A stretch of 64,000 bases of DNA, from positions 32,178,001 to 32,242,000 of the forward strand of contig NW_025964112.1 of NCBI RefSeq assembly GCF_023055435.1. The letters are read 5' to 3'. Positions 12,705 to 25,654 of this stretch are shown here, one piece after another (position 1 is the first letter of the stretch; every line of letters begins with the position of its first letter). The notes below the pieces were generated by a model. It did not search any database and was not told the origin of the DNA. It saw only the letters and a list, made by a program, of their open reading frames with translations. The translations under genes and the position numbers were made by a program. Source of the DNA: Haliotis rufescens (lineage: Eukaryota).

Positions 12705-13405
12705 TAAACGGTTTAGGCTTGCTACTTACGTTAACGGTTTAGGCTTGCTACTTACGTTAACGGTTTAGGCTTGCTACTTACGTTAACGGTTTAGGCTTGT
12801 TACTTACGTTAACGGTTTAGGCTTGTTACTTACGTTAACGGTTTAGGCTTGCTACTTACGTTAACGGTTTAGGCTTATTACTTACGTTAACGGTTTAGAC
12901 TTGCTACTTACGTTAACGGTTTAGGCTTGTTACTTACGTTAACGGTTTAGGCTTGTTACTTACGTTAACGGTTTAGGCTTGTTACTTACGTTAACGGTTT
13001 AGGCTTGTTACTTACGTTAACGGTTTAGGCTTGTTACTTACGTTAACGGTTTAGGCTTGTTACTTACATTAACGGTTTAGGCTTGTTACTTACATTAACG
13101 GTTTAGGCTTGTTACTTACGTTAACGGTTTAGGCTTATTACTTACGTTAACGGTTTAGGCTTATTACTTACGTTAACGGTTTAGGCTTGTTACTTACGTT
13201 AACGGTTTAGGCTTGCTACTTACGTTAACGGTTTAGGCTTGTTACTTACATTAACCGTTTAGGCTTGTTACTTACGTTAACGGTTTAGGCTTGTTACTTA
13301 CGTTAACGGTTTAGGCTTGCTACTTACATTAACGGTTTAGGCTTGTTGCTTACGTTAACGGTTTAGGCTTGTTACTTACGTTAACGGTTTAGGCTTGCTA
13401 CTTGC
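12705..13405. repeat. 26-bp minisatellite, homogeneous
   Basis: Unit cttacgttaacggtttaggcttg(t/c)ta containing the palindrome cgttaacg. Confidence 0.97.
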
Positions 13406-14229
13406 GGTGGTAGGTTTAAGTTGCGTCTTTTGTCGATATGTTACTGTTGCTACAGTAAGTAGTACTGAAAAATGCATATGCATACGCCATATAACGGCTT
13501 TGAAAATACATTCCCGTAGTACCGACAGTATATGCGGTCTATCTGGTCTGTTTCTGTGTACCTAATAGAGGCGTCAGGGAGTTTGCTTCAGATGGTATTG
13601 TTGGGGATTAAAGCACCATGAAGTTTATGCGATTACTGAGAAAGGAAGTGTACAGTAAGCCTTCACATCTCTCATTACCTGAACACTATATGACATGATC
13701 ATCACAGTCATGGCTCTATATTTACAGAAAACGTGATTCTTGTGCCAAAACAGCTGCATCGCGAATAATCTTCCTGCTCAGTTATGTTTTGAGGTTCATA
13801 TTGCTTCAAATCTTTTCTTCACTCTGCATGTGTGATCTCGCACGTCAGTAGAACATCAAGACGGCTGGGCTTCTGAATAATCATTCAGAGAATTTCACGC
13901 TAAGCCTCGTGCGTGATTCAAGTCTGTCACAATAATGTTTGTCAAATTGTACTGTTGATACGTTTCAAGGAGATGCAAAACAAGGCTTATAAAGTAGTTC
14001 AATACTTGAAGGATCACCTGGTTGATTTAAAGCTGCCCTAGTCGAAATTAGAAATAAAATAAACAACCTTTTCGGAAATATTATTGGAAGCAAAATGTAA
14101 ATAGGAGTATATAGAGGAGCATTTTAACAATGGTCAAAATTGTCACAAATTTACGACTTGTGTTGACGGTCACAAAAACGTAACACTGGAAAAACACAAA
14201 CTGTGATTACCTTCACGTGCAAAACCGAG

Positions 14230-15210
14230 ATATGGAAGCAAGGTTTCTAACCTAATTAAAAGAAACAGATGACAAGAGGCAATGGTGTCAATGTGCCAAT
14301 TATTATTGGGATAGTCAAAGTCAGATTGTAGCACGTTTTACTGTCATTCAGAGGTTATCCTACATAACGCGTTTATGACTTACGTCATTTAAGCGATGAA
14401 CACTTTATACGACAAACACCGTTTTCGACCTCAAGCACTTCATCTACAACTGACACCAAGTCATCGATAAGCTCTTTGTTTTTTTATGGGTGCGAAGCCG
14501 TCAGTGTTCGAATCAACGTCAGTGGTCATCAGTTCTAATCTCTTCCTCGGTGGTCGGTGACGTGTTTGCAGTGTTTGCAGACGGCGCCATGAAGGTTTTG
14601 AGGAGGATGCTGTAGTAGCGAATAATCGAGTTCGTGGTTTTCCATAATGGACTGTGGGGCGCCATTACAACACAGTGTCGCGTTTTGGGGAACATCACTC
14701 CACAAACCTTATACTGGATATTGGTCCCAATTGTGGTACTGCCTCATGACGACTATGTATAGATACAGAAGTGCTCCGATCTGTCAGGGTGATACTGCTC
14801 ATCAACGTCGTGGAAGTGTGGACGATGCCTTTTTTCCGGCTAAAAGATTTTAGCTCTATTGAACTTCTCTGGAAAGAATTTAGGCGTCATGTTTACAGAA
14901 GCCACCCTGTGCCACGTGAACTTGCAAAGAGTCATCTCGGAGTGTAACGCAATATCTCAGGCTGTTATTACCTGCGTACCTAGCGATGAGTCACATGTCA
15001 AGGTGCCCCTGGGGGATCAGAAATAGGAGTGGTTATATACGATACAGACGCTACAATGTTCTGAGTGTTCCAGCAGTGTGTCAACATGATGTTACAGCCT
15101 ACCCTTTGCACTGCTTCAATGACTGGCATCATTTTAACTGTATAGCTTTTCATTTGTAATAAATATGGAACTATGACGACAATGCATATATTTTCAGCTG
15201 AATACGTACG
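14230..15210 (+). mobile_element. Highly degenerate Tc1 transposase remnant
   Basis: Eroded equivalents of GGSIMVWGAI (~14632-14668), QDNA (cagggtgatactgct), PAKS..IEHLW (~14835-14875) and GGYTRY (~15025-15045); boundaries approximate. Confidence 0.6.
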
Positions 15211-17249
15211 TCTGTATAATATTTGGAAAATGTTATTTTATATTTTCAGGCCCATAGGTGGCCATTCGGTAGTATTATTTGTATTAATATCATACAACCT
15301 ACTGCATAATATCTAATGGTTTTCTTCCACATATTGATTATAATGTCGACTATGGAATATCGCTTCTATCATGGCAATATTGTAGAATCTCACTACACCC
15401 ACATTTTCTCTTAATATTTTTCTCCAAATGTGCCGCTCCTGCAAATAGGTAATTGTTTCACCGTTGTCAGAGCTCCCTGGACATAGAGTAAATAATAGGA
15501 AACTATAGGTTCGAATTATCAGTGTTAGATAATGGGTGGCTGATAATAGTCAGCTGAAATGTCTGAACGGGTGGTGTGTAAATCCTATACAAAGAACAAA
15601 TTACAGAACGTCGCGTGTAAATCATCTCATGATTATGGAGGGGAACATGGACATGAATATTATCTCTGTGTAAATCAACTGTGAAAGTGATATTCATAAT
15701 ATAATTTGAGTTTGCTGAGTAAGTGACGCTCCAAGCATAAACCCACCTCGCTAGGACCGCCAATTAGACGCAGCACATGTAGCCCCTATTTAAGTGCCCT
15801 TGATCAACGAACAGCTAGGTACTTCGGTTGTCAGCATACATACATACATACCAAGGGTTAAATTTGAAGAATGAAAATTCAAACTGTGAAAATATCTTAA
15901 CCACAGTTACCACAGTAACCTTAGAGCAGACACGGCATACAGATGTTTATAACTATAATATGACTTTAATTTATTCATCACATAAAATTGAAAACAATAA
16001 TATTTCGTTCCTAAAATTAAAGTTAACTCTTCAGTTGATGCAAATTTTAAAGCGTGATCTTCTTATTAATCAAAAGAATCAGAGGGTAATTATGTTGATA
16101 GAGTACGTACCAATGCAACGCATTTCATTTTCAGTTATGGCACTTATAATAAGTGTTGTTGTTCTTTTTAAACTTAGATTTGCAAAGAAATTTTAAGACC
16201 AAACTGCAAATTGTGAAAATCTTAATTAAGGCATCTTTATGCATTCACAGTTGGCGATGTTGCAAAAATGAAGCATATCCTTACATTTCAACTGCTTTAC
16301 CAAAACGTAATATTTTACGTGATTGTTTGTTACCATATAATAAGAATATCACACTGAAGTAATACATTTTTCGTTTTTAATGTACCTATTGCGCAACAAC
16401 AGATATTTACCCGACAATAGTGACTGTTTTTAACCGAAGGACCAGAAAATAACACGGGGCCTATATGAATACGCACAGAACAGCTTCGAGGTTCAACGAT
16501 ATCCACCAGCAGGCGGATACTGTAAGGATAAGTGATCAATTATACTGATATTAACCTTGTGATACCAAATTTAATAGAAGCGTGTTAGCACGTCTGTATT
16601 CTGTATATTCCGAAAATAATGAATATTAGTATATCAACCTTTTTTGTGTCACCGGAATAACTTCATTTCCAGAACTTATTGAAAAGATTGGAAGATAGAT
16701 ACTCTTGCTTTCGTAAGTAGTTGGTTTGTGATTATAGTTGTGCAGAAAAGTTCACTTTTTTTATTTAGAATTGTAATTCCGCATCCATGAGATATGGGTC
16801 ATTTGTGCAGTATGATTGATTAAACAGTTTAAACAGGATTAAATGCACAACACGTAGTTTGTATATCATCACATAAATGCTTTACAACACATATCCATAA
16901 GGCACCAATAATTGATGAAATATCCGGCTACGGGGCTCAAGGGGGCCTACTCAACCAAGCCTTTGCCAATCACTGTCACTGCTTGGGGTTTTAAAATCTA
17001 ACTTAATTGGAACTTGATATATATGGTGCCACTGTTCCTTGTCCGATATTTGAAAGTGATTTATTACGGCAAACTCTGTAGCTCAATTTCGTCATTAGAG
17101 ACATACATTTTTTATATGTGATGAATTTAGTTAATTTCTTACATTGGTTGCCACTTGAAGAATGGAGTGAATAATCAATGCTGACACATCTCAAAATGTG
17201 TTGGCTTGGCAAATTAAGATACCATATATTCTACATGAACAATACATGG

Positions 17250-18060
17250 CTGTCGTGGTGACAGAGCTGCACAGGCACAAGGTGAGACAACACAAACTGT
17301 CTGTATTTACTGAGAAGAAATGCTGGATTTCCTCATTGATAACTTCTATGTGGAATTTTGGGATTAAACATTTGGGCAAGAAGTAGGTATCCCCATGGGA
17401 ACCACTTGTGCTCCCCTTCTTGCCGATCTGTTTCTTTATACAATCATATCAATTGGAATTTCTGCTCGGATTGGCAGCAAGGGAATTTGGTCAAGAAGTG
17501 TAACTTTAACTCCAGGTACACTGGTGATCTGATATAATTTAATAACGGTCACCACTACCCTTCCAATGATTTGCCCATCTGAGCCAGTAACAAAATAGAC
17601 AACTTAAACACCCTCATCTGTTTTATATTTGGACAGATGCCTTTAGATTCAGAGTGACACAAGACTATCCACAACTCTGTAAGATGATGATTTCAACTTT
17701 CCAGGAGTCAACCTTCACTTAATGTCGTGCAGTATTCCAACTTTCTCTTTCTACGAAGATTTTTTATACGACCCTTTTTCAAAAGTTGTTTGATCAAGTT
17801 TACTTCAGTTAAGACCTCAGTAAAGCTTTCAAAAGGTTTTATGGTAGGCACGCGGAGGACATTTCCAAATTGGACACGAAAGGTGACCAAAATGATGTCT
17901 GATGCAATTCCCCATATTCCCGTGCCTGTTTAATTTGCTTTTGCTAGTTTGTGACGGGTGCAACCATTGGGGCAGGATACTCTCACCTTTTGGTGGACAC
18001 TATTTGACTGCTTCATAATAACTTATTCCTTACGATTATGGAAATTGTTTTGTCGATTTT
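17250..18060 (+). mobile_element. Penelope-like retroelement RT remnant (copy 2)
   Basis: EMLDFLIDNFYVEF*..QEVGIPMGTTCAPLLADLFLY, DDDFNFPGVN, ends KMMSDAIPHIPVPV*; conserved 3' motif at ~17951-18000. Confidence 0.9.
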
Positions 18061-19919
18061 TTTCGATAATATACTAGTATGTAACTGTAGACCATACCTT
18101 TACGTGAGAGCCAGTTAGGGCTAGATGCCATCGAATTAGCTACCGTTTCAATACACGCACTGACAGCGTTTCAAACACATTCAAATTTCAACTGTGTAGC
18201 CACTGGGCATCCCCTCTTGTACACGCAGCGCCAGCTCGCGGGGTGGTTCCAAAGCGTATCAATCACTCGTATACACTGGACAATTAGAGGCCAGTAATAT
18301 ATAATTACGTTCTTCTCCGTCTTAACAATTACTGTTTATGTTAGAAGGAGCTGCTGAAGAGGATAATAGGTGCCATGAAATTATAGTGACTAGGAGTTGA
18401 GGAGGAAAATTACATAACTGAAAATCTTAGGCGATTAAGAATGAGACAGCTTACCTTACCATTGCTTTACTAGCCTTTGCAACTCTATTGTGCTATTGCC
18501 AACCTTCCTTGGATTTACTTGCCTCCAATCAGCCACATATAGGACGTATATAACAATGGTATTTACCCTTCTCGTATAATATGTGCCTATGATATAAAAG
18601 TTTATCAATTTCCCGCTGGTAATATCATATCCTAATGGTATGGGCGTCTGGTGGTATCACATCAGTGGGTATCACCAATTAACGTCCAGCTTCAACAAAA
18701 ATGATAAAATGTTTATTTAAACGACTATATCCCAAATCGGTCCTGTCTCTCATGGCCGTATCATGTTGCGAGCGTACTTGCCCATCATTCCTAAAGATTC
18801 ATGTATAAAATGGATCCTTCTTCTGAACTCCTTGTTTCTGAATATGGCTACAAAGGTTGCGTCAATTATGGACGAAAGAGGTAACTGGTTCCCAATACAT
18901 TCAATGAACAATTTTATGTCCGAGGAATGTCAATAGGTTCCCGTAGATATGTTAAACAATTACAGATAGAGGAAACCAGGCGAAACTTTATTTGTATTTG
19001 GCACTAAATATGTAATCAAGTCATGATCGAAATCCTTTTTTAACATCAATGATAGTATTTCATTATTTAACAAAAGCAATTATCTATGACATGGGCCTAT
19101 GACATAAAACCATGCATGTGATACCTCAGTGATATAGACGTGCCAATAGAACACCTGAAGCCGCTCTGTGCACGTGAACTGGTGTCTAAGAAACAACGGG
19201 ACACGGACTTCTTTGATGTTGGATACAACGTTTTAATATATTAAGGGAAGTGCTGCAGCGTTAACATTATAGCCAAAATTATATTTTGATTTATCAGATA
19301 GTTACAGATTAGTAGTATCAACTTTGAAGTTGAATGGTACAGATAGTCTGTAGATAACATGCCCATTTTCTCGACGAATGATAACGAGATGTTTTACACA
19401 GGTAAACCTGATGCTTGTGACCATTGGTTTATGTGAAATAGTACTGATAACTGATAAAGTCAAACCATCCACACGCGTGAAAAACGTATAAAACAGTAAG
19501 GATCTAGACGTAAAAAAACGACTCTCTGCACGTACACGACTTGTGCTAAGGTTGAATGATAACAATGTTCCACCAAATCATCACAGACAACTGGTTTCAA
19601 GAGCAACACTTTTGTGAATAATAATACTTATGTCACAAACCCTGATCAGCACAAATATCCAAAATAGTTTCAGGAAGCATTCCTTCCAACGCATGAATAC
19701 AGTAGTCTAACATTCGTGTAACTCCCATGTCGCGTTGACCTAGCGGCCCACGTACAATGTTCATATGCCCAGGACACAACAGCCAACACACCCAAGTTAT
19801 CCATTGTTCTGGTGTCGACAGCACTATGTCCGCTTGTTGTGTGATTCTCTATATACCAATTAATCTTGCTATACATCCAAGTCCGGTTTAATGAAACGAC
19901 ACCAGAGCGTCATCCAATC

Positions 19920-20456
19920 TCGCTAAACAAAGATCTGAGGACATCCCATTACGGGTCACGTCTGAACGACCTTTCGCGTTCTTTGACCAACCACTGAAAT
20001 GACTAACAACAAGTCGACATCAGCCAATTAGAAAGCAGCTTTCTCGAGCTTTATGGCACTCGTTTCAACCTGGCGACTTCCATTTCAGACTGCGCTTGAA
20101 AGATATGTTGACACGGTTCTCGATTAAAATTTTGAAAACCGAACAATCGAACATTCCGGAATGTCTAATATATGGTGAAGATTGTATGGCAGATCTTCCC
20201 ACGTACTGTGCAACGCCTCCTCCGTTCAAATGTTTATCCCACGGAGGCGAGAGATAGACGATAATTTTGACGGAATCAGTCGTACCGGCCGTAACTGTTG
20301 TTCCAAATACCCCGTGTTAACATTATCGAGTTTGCATGATTAGGAAATACATTCCGACTGTTAAATCCATGATCTGGTAAGCTACGCTTTGACTGGTCAG
20401 ATGGAGTCATTCTGACGTGGCCCGTAATGGGATGTCCTCAGATCTTTGCTTAGCGA
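19920..20456. mobile_element. MITE-like element with ~50-bp inverted repeats
   Basis: tcgctaaacaaagatctgaggacatcccattacgggtcacgtc (from 19920) versus gacgtggcccgtaatgggatgtcctcagatctttgcttagcga (to 20456); no coding capacity. Confidence 0.8.
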
Positions 20457-21221
20457 TAACGAGAGCTAAGATCTGATTTTAAATCTGACTAAAACGTGCC
20501 GCTGGGACTATCCTCCAGCGTGACGTTCTGCAAGTAAGAGCCGAGCTTAGTTCCAATGACTACAGTTCGAAATCATACCACAGGTTTAGTCATATCATAT
20601 TATATTATGGTGTAGTAACCGTTATTACAGGTTCAAATACGCAACAACACATCGTTCCAGTTAAAAAACTCAAAAACAATATAGTTCAAGTATTTTTTAT
20701 CGACTAGTTTCAGGAACGTATTTCTTTCCCAAAAGTTCTGGGGTTATTTGTTTTGCTGTACACCGCTGAAGACTAGATGCATCTCTACGCATTATATATG
20801 ATAATATTTGAACAATTTCGGTGTATTTGTTTCTAAATGGGGAAAGCCGTAAGGTGGAAATGATATCACTCGTGCTTCTAGTATATAGGAATTATCAACC
20901 TCGTCCCGTTGATCGGCATCTGCCTCGCCAAAGTCTCGGCAAGTACCATTTAAAACCATAAGTGATAAATTCTCTATTTAGTATCCATATGTTTTAAAAT
21001 TTGCGACTTAATTAAAATTCATACAGAGCACGGGGCACGTAACACTGACTTCACGCGCTTTACATTTTTGTTGACTGTAATGCAAAGAGCATAGGTAATG
21101 TTTAATGACGTGACAACAACAACACAGTGTATGGTTGCTGACGTCCTGATTACCTTATTAGCTCCAGGACGCGGTTTTCAATGCAGAGGACACCACGTCA
21201 TCACTACATCGTATTCTTGTG

Positions 21222-21702
21222 TACACTAAGGAGCAAAAGAAAGTATACCGAGTTTGTTTCTTAAGTAATTGAAAATTGAAAGAACAGTTGTTAAAATTGA
21301 TTATGTCCTTTTAACCATCACTCATTCCTGCAACACTTTGAGAAAGTAATCTGTGGTTGGACAATGTTGTGTTAAAAACATATTGGTTCAATGAAGACTA
21401 GGGTAAGAAATATGTTTGCCACAAGATAACCCATACCATTTTTGAAGTACTGTCGGAAAAAAGACAATTTACTTTTTTTCATAGAAAAGATGTCTAAGAT
21501 ACCCATTAGTGTATTATGCGAATTTGTTTTTTAATTTGTAAAAGTTTCAAATGAAATTATATTTAAAAACATAAAACCACGTATAAGTATTCTTTAAGTG
21601 CTGTAACGCCATTACAGTTACTTCTTTGGATATAACATCGCTAACTAAGATATGTTCAATTGACAATCAAACTGATAAGTATAGTTTCTTTTGCTTCTCC
21701 GT
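21222..21702. mobile_element. Non-autonomous Tc1-type element
   Basis: Left end tacactaaggagcaaaagaaagtatac; right end gtatagtttcttttgcttctccg; internal gttcaatgaagactagggtaagaaat shared in reverse complement with ~40222-40247. Confidence 0.65.
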
Positions 21703-21757
21703 TTGATATTGTGCCCTGGTCCATGTTATTTGGGCATATGTAGAGATTATTGCACGA

Positions 21758-21759
<2 letters not shown>

Positions 21760-21825
<66 letters not shown>
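21760..21825. repeat. (GT)n microsatellite
   Basis: Direct. Confidence 0.98.
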
Positions 21826-21827
<2 letters not shown>

Positions 21828-23120
21828 ACTACCAAAAACTAGTAAATAGTATTGGCATCCATGTATATATCCCATGATATAATATAATAACAAAACGAGT
21901 TTTACATTTTTAACAACATGACATGCATACCACAGCCGAAAAACACATGTATCATCCTTTTACTGTCCAGTTCACCGCTCATTATATGTTTTTAAGGCAG
22001 CATGTGTTATGCTTCTGTGGTCAGTGATTGCCTTATTCCTCAGTGTCATTTCAGAAGCAGCACTAGCATTGCCTATGGGAGTTTTACCAGTCGAACGTTT
22101 GACAGTTTAATGACAGGTTGTAAACTTGAACTTTGGAACGCCTTAGACAGGTTAATGGAAAAGAAATTGTCGATATTTAATGAAGACGAAGAGGGTGTTT
22201 GACAGCTAGCCATTTGTATGTATCCAAGTCACGATTAATGGTGAACTGATGATCATAGAAGTTTGTCTTTAATCAAATACCCGTAACAAACGCTAACGTT
22301 TTTTCTTCCAAAAGGAGAAAGGTGACATTCAAGAAAGGCACATTGGTTTTTACTCAACTCTGATGTTGATGAGTTCGCGTTCAGACGAGACTTGATGTCG
22401 GGAGAGAAACGAGAAATGATTGATTGTTAGTGACACCGCTTCCTTTACCCATAATGCACTGGCGATATATTCCGCGACGAAAAGTTAATTAAGGATAATT
22501 TGGTTTAGTTTTGTTTGACGTTAAGACGCTTCCTGTTCCCGGACGCCAGATAAGATATAGGTCTGCCATCAGATAAGCTTGTTCCTGCTTCCCCTTCTGA
22601 TGCAACAGACAATTACACCCCCGAACATTCAGACGAAACATACTGCCACTATTGTCAGCACTTTCAATATTTTTTACCAGGAGCAAAATGTCTATTTCTA
22701 ATTGGACGAATTAATTTAATTGTGATTGTAAATATATGGGTTTTTTTTCGAAACAATAGCCAAATTAAGTATAAATGAGTTTAAATTAGTTTCTCATGGG
22801 AAATAATTTGGTTAAAAATTGGCGTCAAAAGGCGACGTCTTCAAAAAGACACCGATGGTCTTATTTCAATGCCCATCTTTTCTTGTCTCGATGTCCTGTG
22901 ATCAGCATGTAGCACTTTCAGTACCCCGTTGACTTATTACAACGCGCACTTGGGGCCAACATATACACTCACTGTTTGGTGATGATAGCATCATCCACAC
23001 AATCGGAGTAAAAAGACACACAATCAGCAAAGGCACACTTTTCAAGCATCATCTACTAAGGAGCAGTATTTCAGAAGTATATATATCATGACTCTAAATG
23101 GATTCTCTTCTCCAAGAATA

Positions 23121-24264
23121 TACACTCTTCAAAAAAAAGGAACGCAGAGGTACATTTTTAGTAAATGTATTGTACCTGATAAAGTTGTTATATTTAATTT
23201 AATATCATAGATACAAATATGACATTTTGTAGCTTGACAGTCACATGTTGTCGTTGTACAAAGGCATTGAAAACTGTTCATTGTCATGTCACATAAGGCC
23301 ACAAGGTTGCGCTGAACTCAGTATCTAGTGTGACCGCCCCGATCAGCAATCACGGCTCTGCATCTCCTCGGCACTGACTGGATAAGTGTACGAATTCTGT
23401 CCTGCGGAATTCTACGGAATTCTGCGCCATTCTGCTTGTAATGCGTTGGCCAGGTGGGAGTGTCTGTGGCGTGTTCTGACGCTGACGCTGACGCACACGT
23501 CGATCGAGTTCACCCCAGAGGTGTTAGATTGGTAGATATCTGGAGATCTCGACGGCCAGGGCAAGACGTTGATGTAGGCATTATGAAGGTAGTCTACCGT
23601 GACACGAGCTGTGTGCGGTGGAGCGTTGTCCTGTTGAAACAGGTCCCTCTTGCGGTAAAAGATTGGAAGAAAGTGAGGTTGAAGAATTTGTTTCATGTAG
23701 CGATTTGCTGTCAAGTTTCCCTGAACTACAGATCTCGTGGTGCAGCGATCCTGTGCAGGGGTGGTAACTCTTGGTCGGTCGGTTCTCGGACGGTCTGCAG
23801 TGGAATTGAACTGTGTGTATCCGTCACAAAGGCGGCAAATGATGCTGTTTTGGACATTGAAGTGACGTGCAACAGAAGACTGCGATTCCCCTCTTTCGAT
23901 ACGTCCTATGGCGATGTTCCGATCGGCAGCGCTGAGTCTCGGCATTTTCGAAAAATGTTGACAATTGAATGACAAATTATTGGCTTATGCTTGCCTTTTT
24001 ATAGCCACTACCACGAGTTACGAATGCCATAACTTGCACGTACATTTTGTTTTACTGTTTTTCTCCATGACATTTTTGAACAAGTGTGAAAACAATGCCG
24101 TTTAAGACATTGCAAATCGAAAATTTGACGCACCGTTTGTCGAATATCAGGCCAACAACATTTTTCAATAACATATATCCAATCTAAATATACCGGATAT
24201 TTTGTCAATTAAATTTTTGAATGAACTAAATACTACCTGTGCGTTTCTTTTTTTGAAGAGTGTG
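23121..24264 (-). mobile_element. Internally deleted Tc1 transposon (family different from 6768-8334)
   Basis: TIRs tacactcttcaaaaaaaaggaacgcagaggta and tacctgtgcgtttctttttttgaagagtgtg; upstream TA intact, downstream TG. Confidence 0.92.
23325..23945 (-). pseudogene. Tc1 transposase pseudogene (central deletion and frameshift)
   Basis: MPRLSAADRNIAIGRIERGESQSSVARHFNV..RPRVTTPAQDR joined directly to VQGNLTANRY..FQQDNAPPHTAR..WPSRSPD; the first catalytic D region is missing. Confidence 0.9.
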
Positions 24265-24759
24265 TGTAATATATAACTAACTTATAATTATAGGTTCATT
24301 AATGTAAGGTGTCTATGTTTTCCTGTTTCTACATCCGTAGTTTTATTACACACAAAACACGTTAGTTGAAGAGATTTTTCTCCATTGCACCTGCTGAACA
24401 ATGAACATTCATTTATATTATTACAAATTTGTTGTTTTAAGTTCCCCTAAGGACTAATATGTGCTTCTTACCGCTTGATATTATTGACATGAAGTGGAAG
24501 AGACGGGCTAGATTACCGACGATAGGACTATTTGCATGTAAGCTTGAGGGTATATGAAGGATGACAATGTGACCAAGCATGCTATCAGCAGAGGTCGGTG
24601 CAATAGGTTCATGAACAGCACTGTCAGGACGCATCGTCGAGACGAATACCGCTGTTGTGTAAGAACGTGACTTGGGTGAAACAGTATTAAGGTTAGGTAG
24701 CAGAACTCTCTCTCGTGTCGTATTGTGACAAACGTGACACTAGTTCCCGCTCATCCCTG

Positions 24760-25300
24760 ATAATCATGGGCAATACTAAAATATACGCAAACATTTAAGA
24801 CTTGACTTTCACTTTGTGTGAGTTCATTGGAGTGTGAACCTTCAAAGAGTGAGGGCCAAATTGTATGAACGTCGGAGTTTGCGACATCCTCATGGTTTAT
24901 TCTCCCAGCAGTGTTTTATTGTACGATAAACAGCTCCCAATCGTCGTTTATTTCCTAAATAATGCTGTAGACTGTCACTGTTGTCTAGACACGGATCTAG
25001 TCGATACTACGGTAGTTTGGATGTGCTTTTCTTTTTTTTGTTCCCTTAGATGGGTTGTAGGATACCCTTGAATGGGCATCCGAAAACATTGTTGACGCCA
25101 TTCGAATCTTATTGTGACGTAAGGTCGAAAGGACATCACACTAGAGACGACGTCATAGCTGAAGCACAAGTGTGGCTTTCTAAGACGTTGGTCGTGATCG
25201 GTGGATTTTCTTTGAGGGGAGCTCAGAGGGATAAATAATACTTCTCGCATTATGAAACACAAATTCATCATAAAAAAATATGTTATATAGCAGTGTATCG
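24760..25300 (+). mobile_element. Possible very old mariner remnant
   Basis: RDDVIAEAQVWL resembles the mariner C-terminal helix; otherwise weak. Confidence 0.3.
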
Positions 25301-25654
25301 TATTGTTGAACAATGATATTATGTATTATGTACAATGTATTATGTTAACAGACCATGGATTACAATGTTGTTTTCAAACTCAAGACCAGTAAATTATGGC
25401 GCGGCTGAGAGAATAGTTTTAAAATGCCAAACAATATACTACTCGTCAGCAGTAACTGCCGGAAGCTCATTGCGTGTTTAACTGATGTATAGTACCTATG
25501 AAATACTAGGATTCTACAGCAAACCGTTTGGGACCAGTTTCCAGTTCCAGCAGGTGTGGTAAACAGAAACGACGGGCAGTTCGGTTCTAACGCCAATATT
25601 TTTATTTAAACTAAAATAGAATGGTAGAAGGTAAAACCAATCATATAAGTCTAT

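Noticed and set aside
10655-13405. CRISPR-like appearance of 26-36-bp repeats
   Set aside because: Units are contiguous with no unique spacers, no cas genes are present, and the context is eukaryotic
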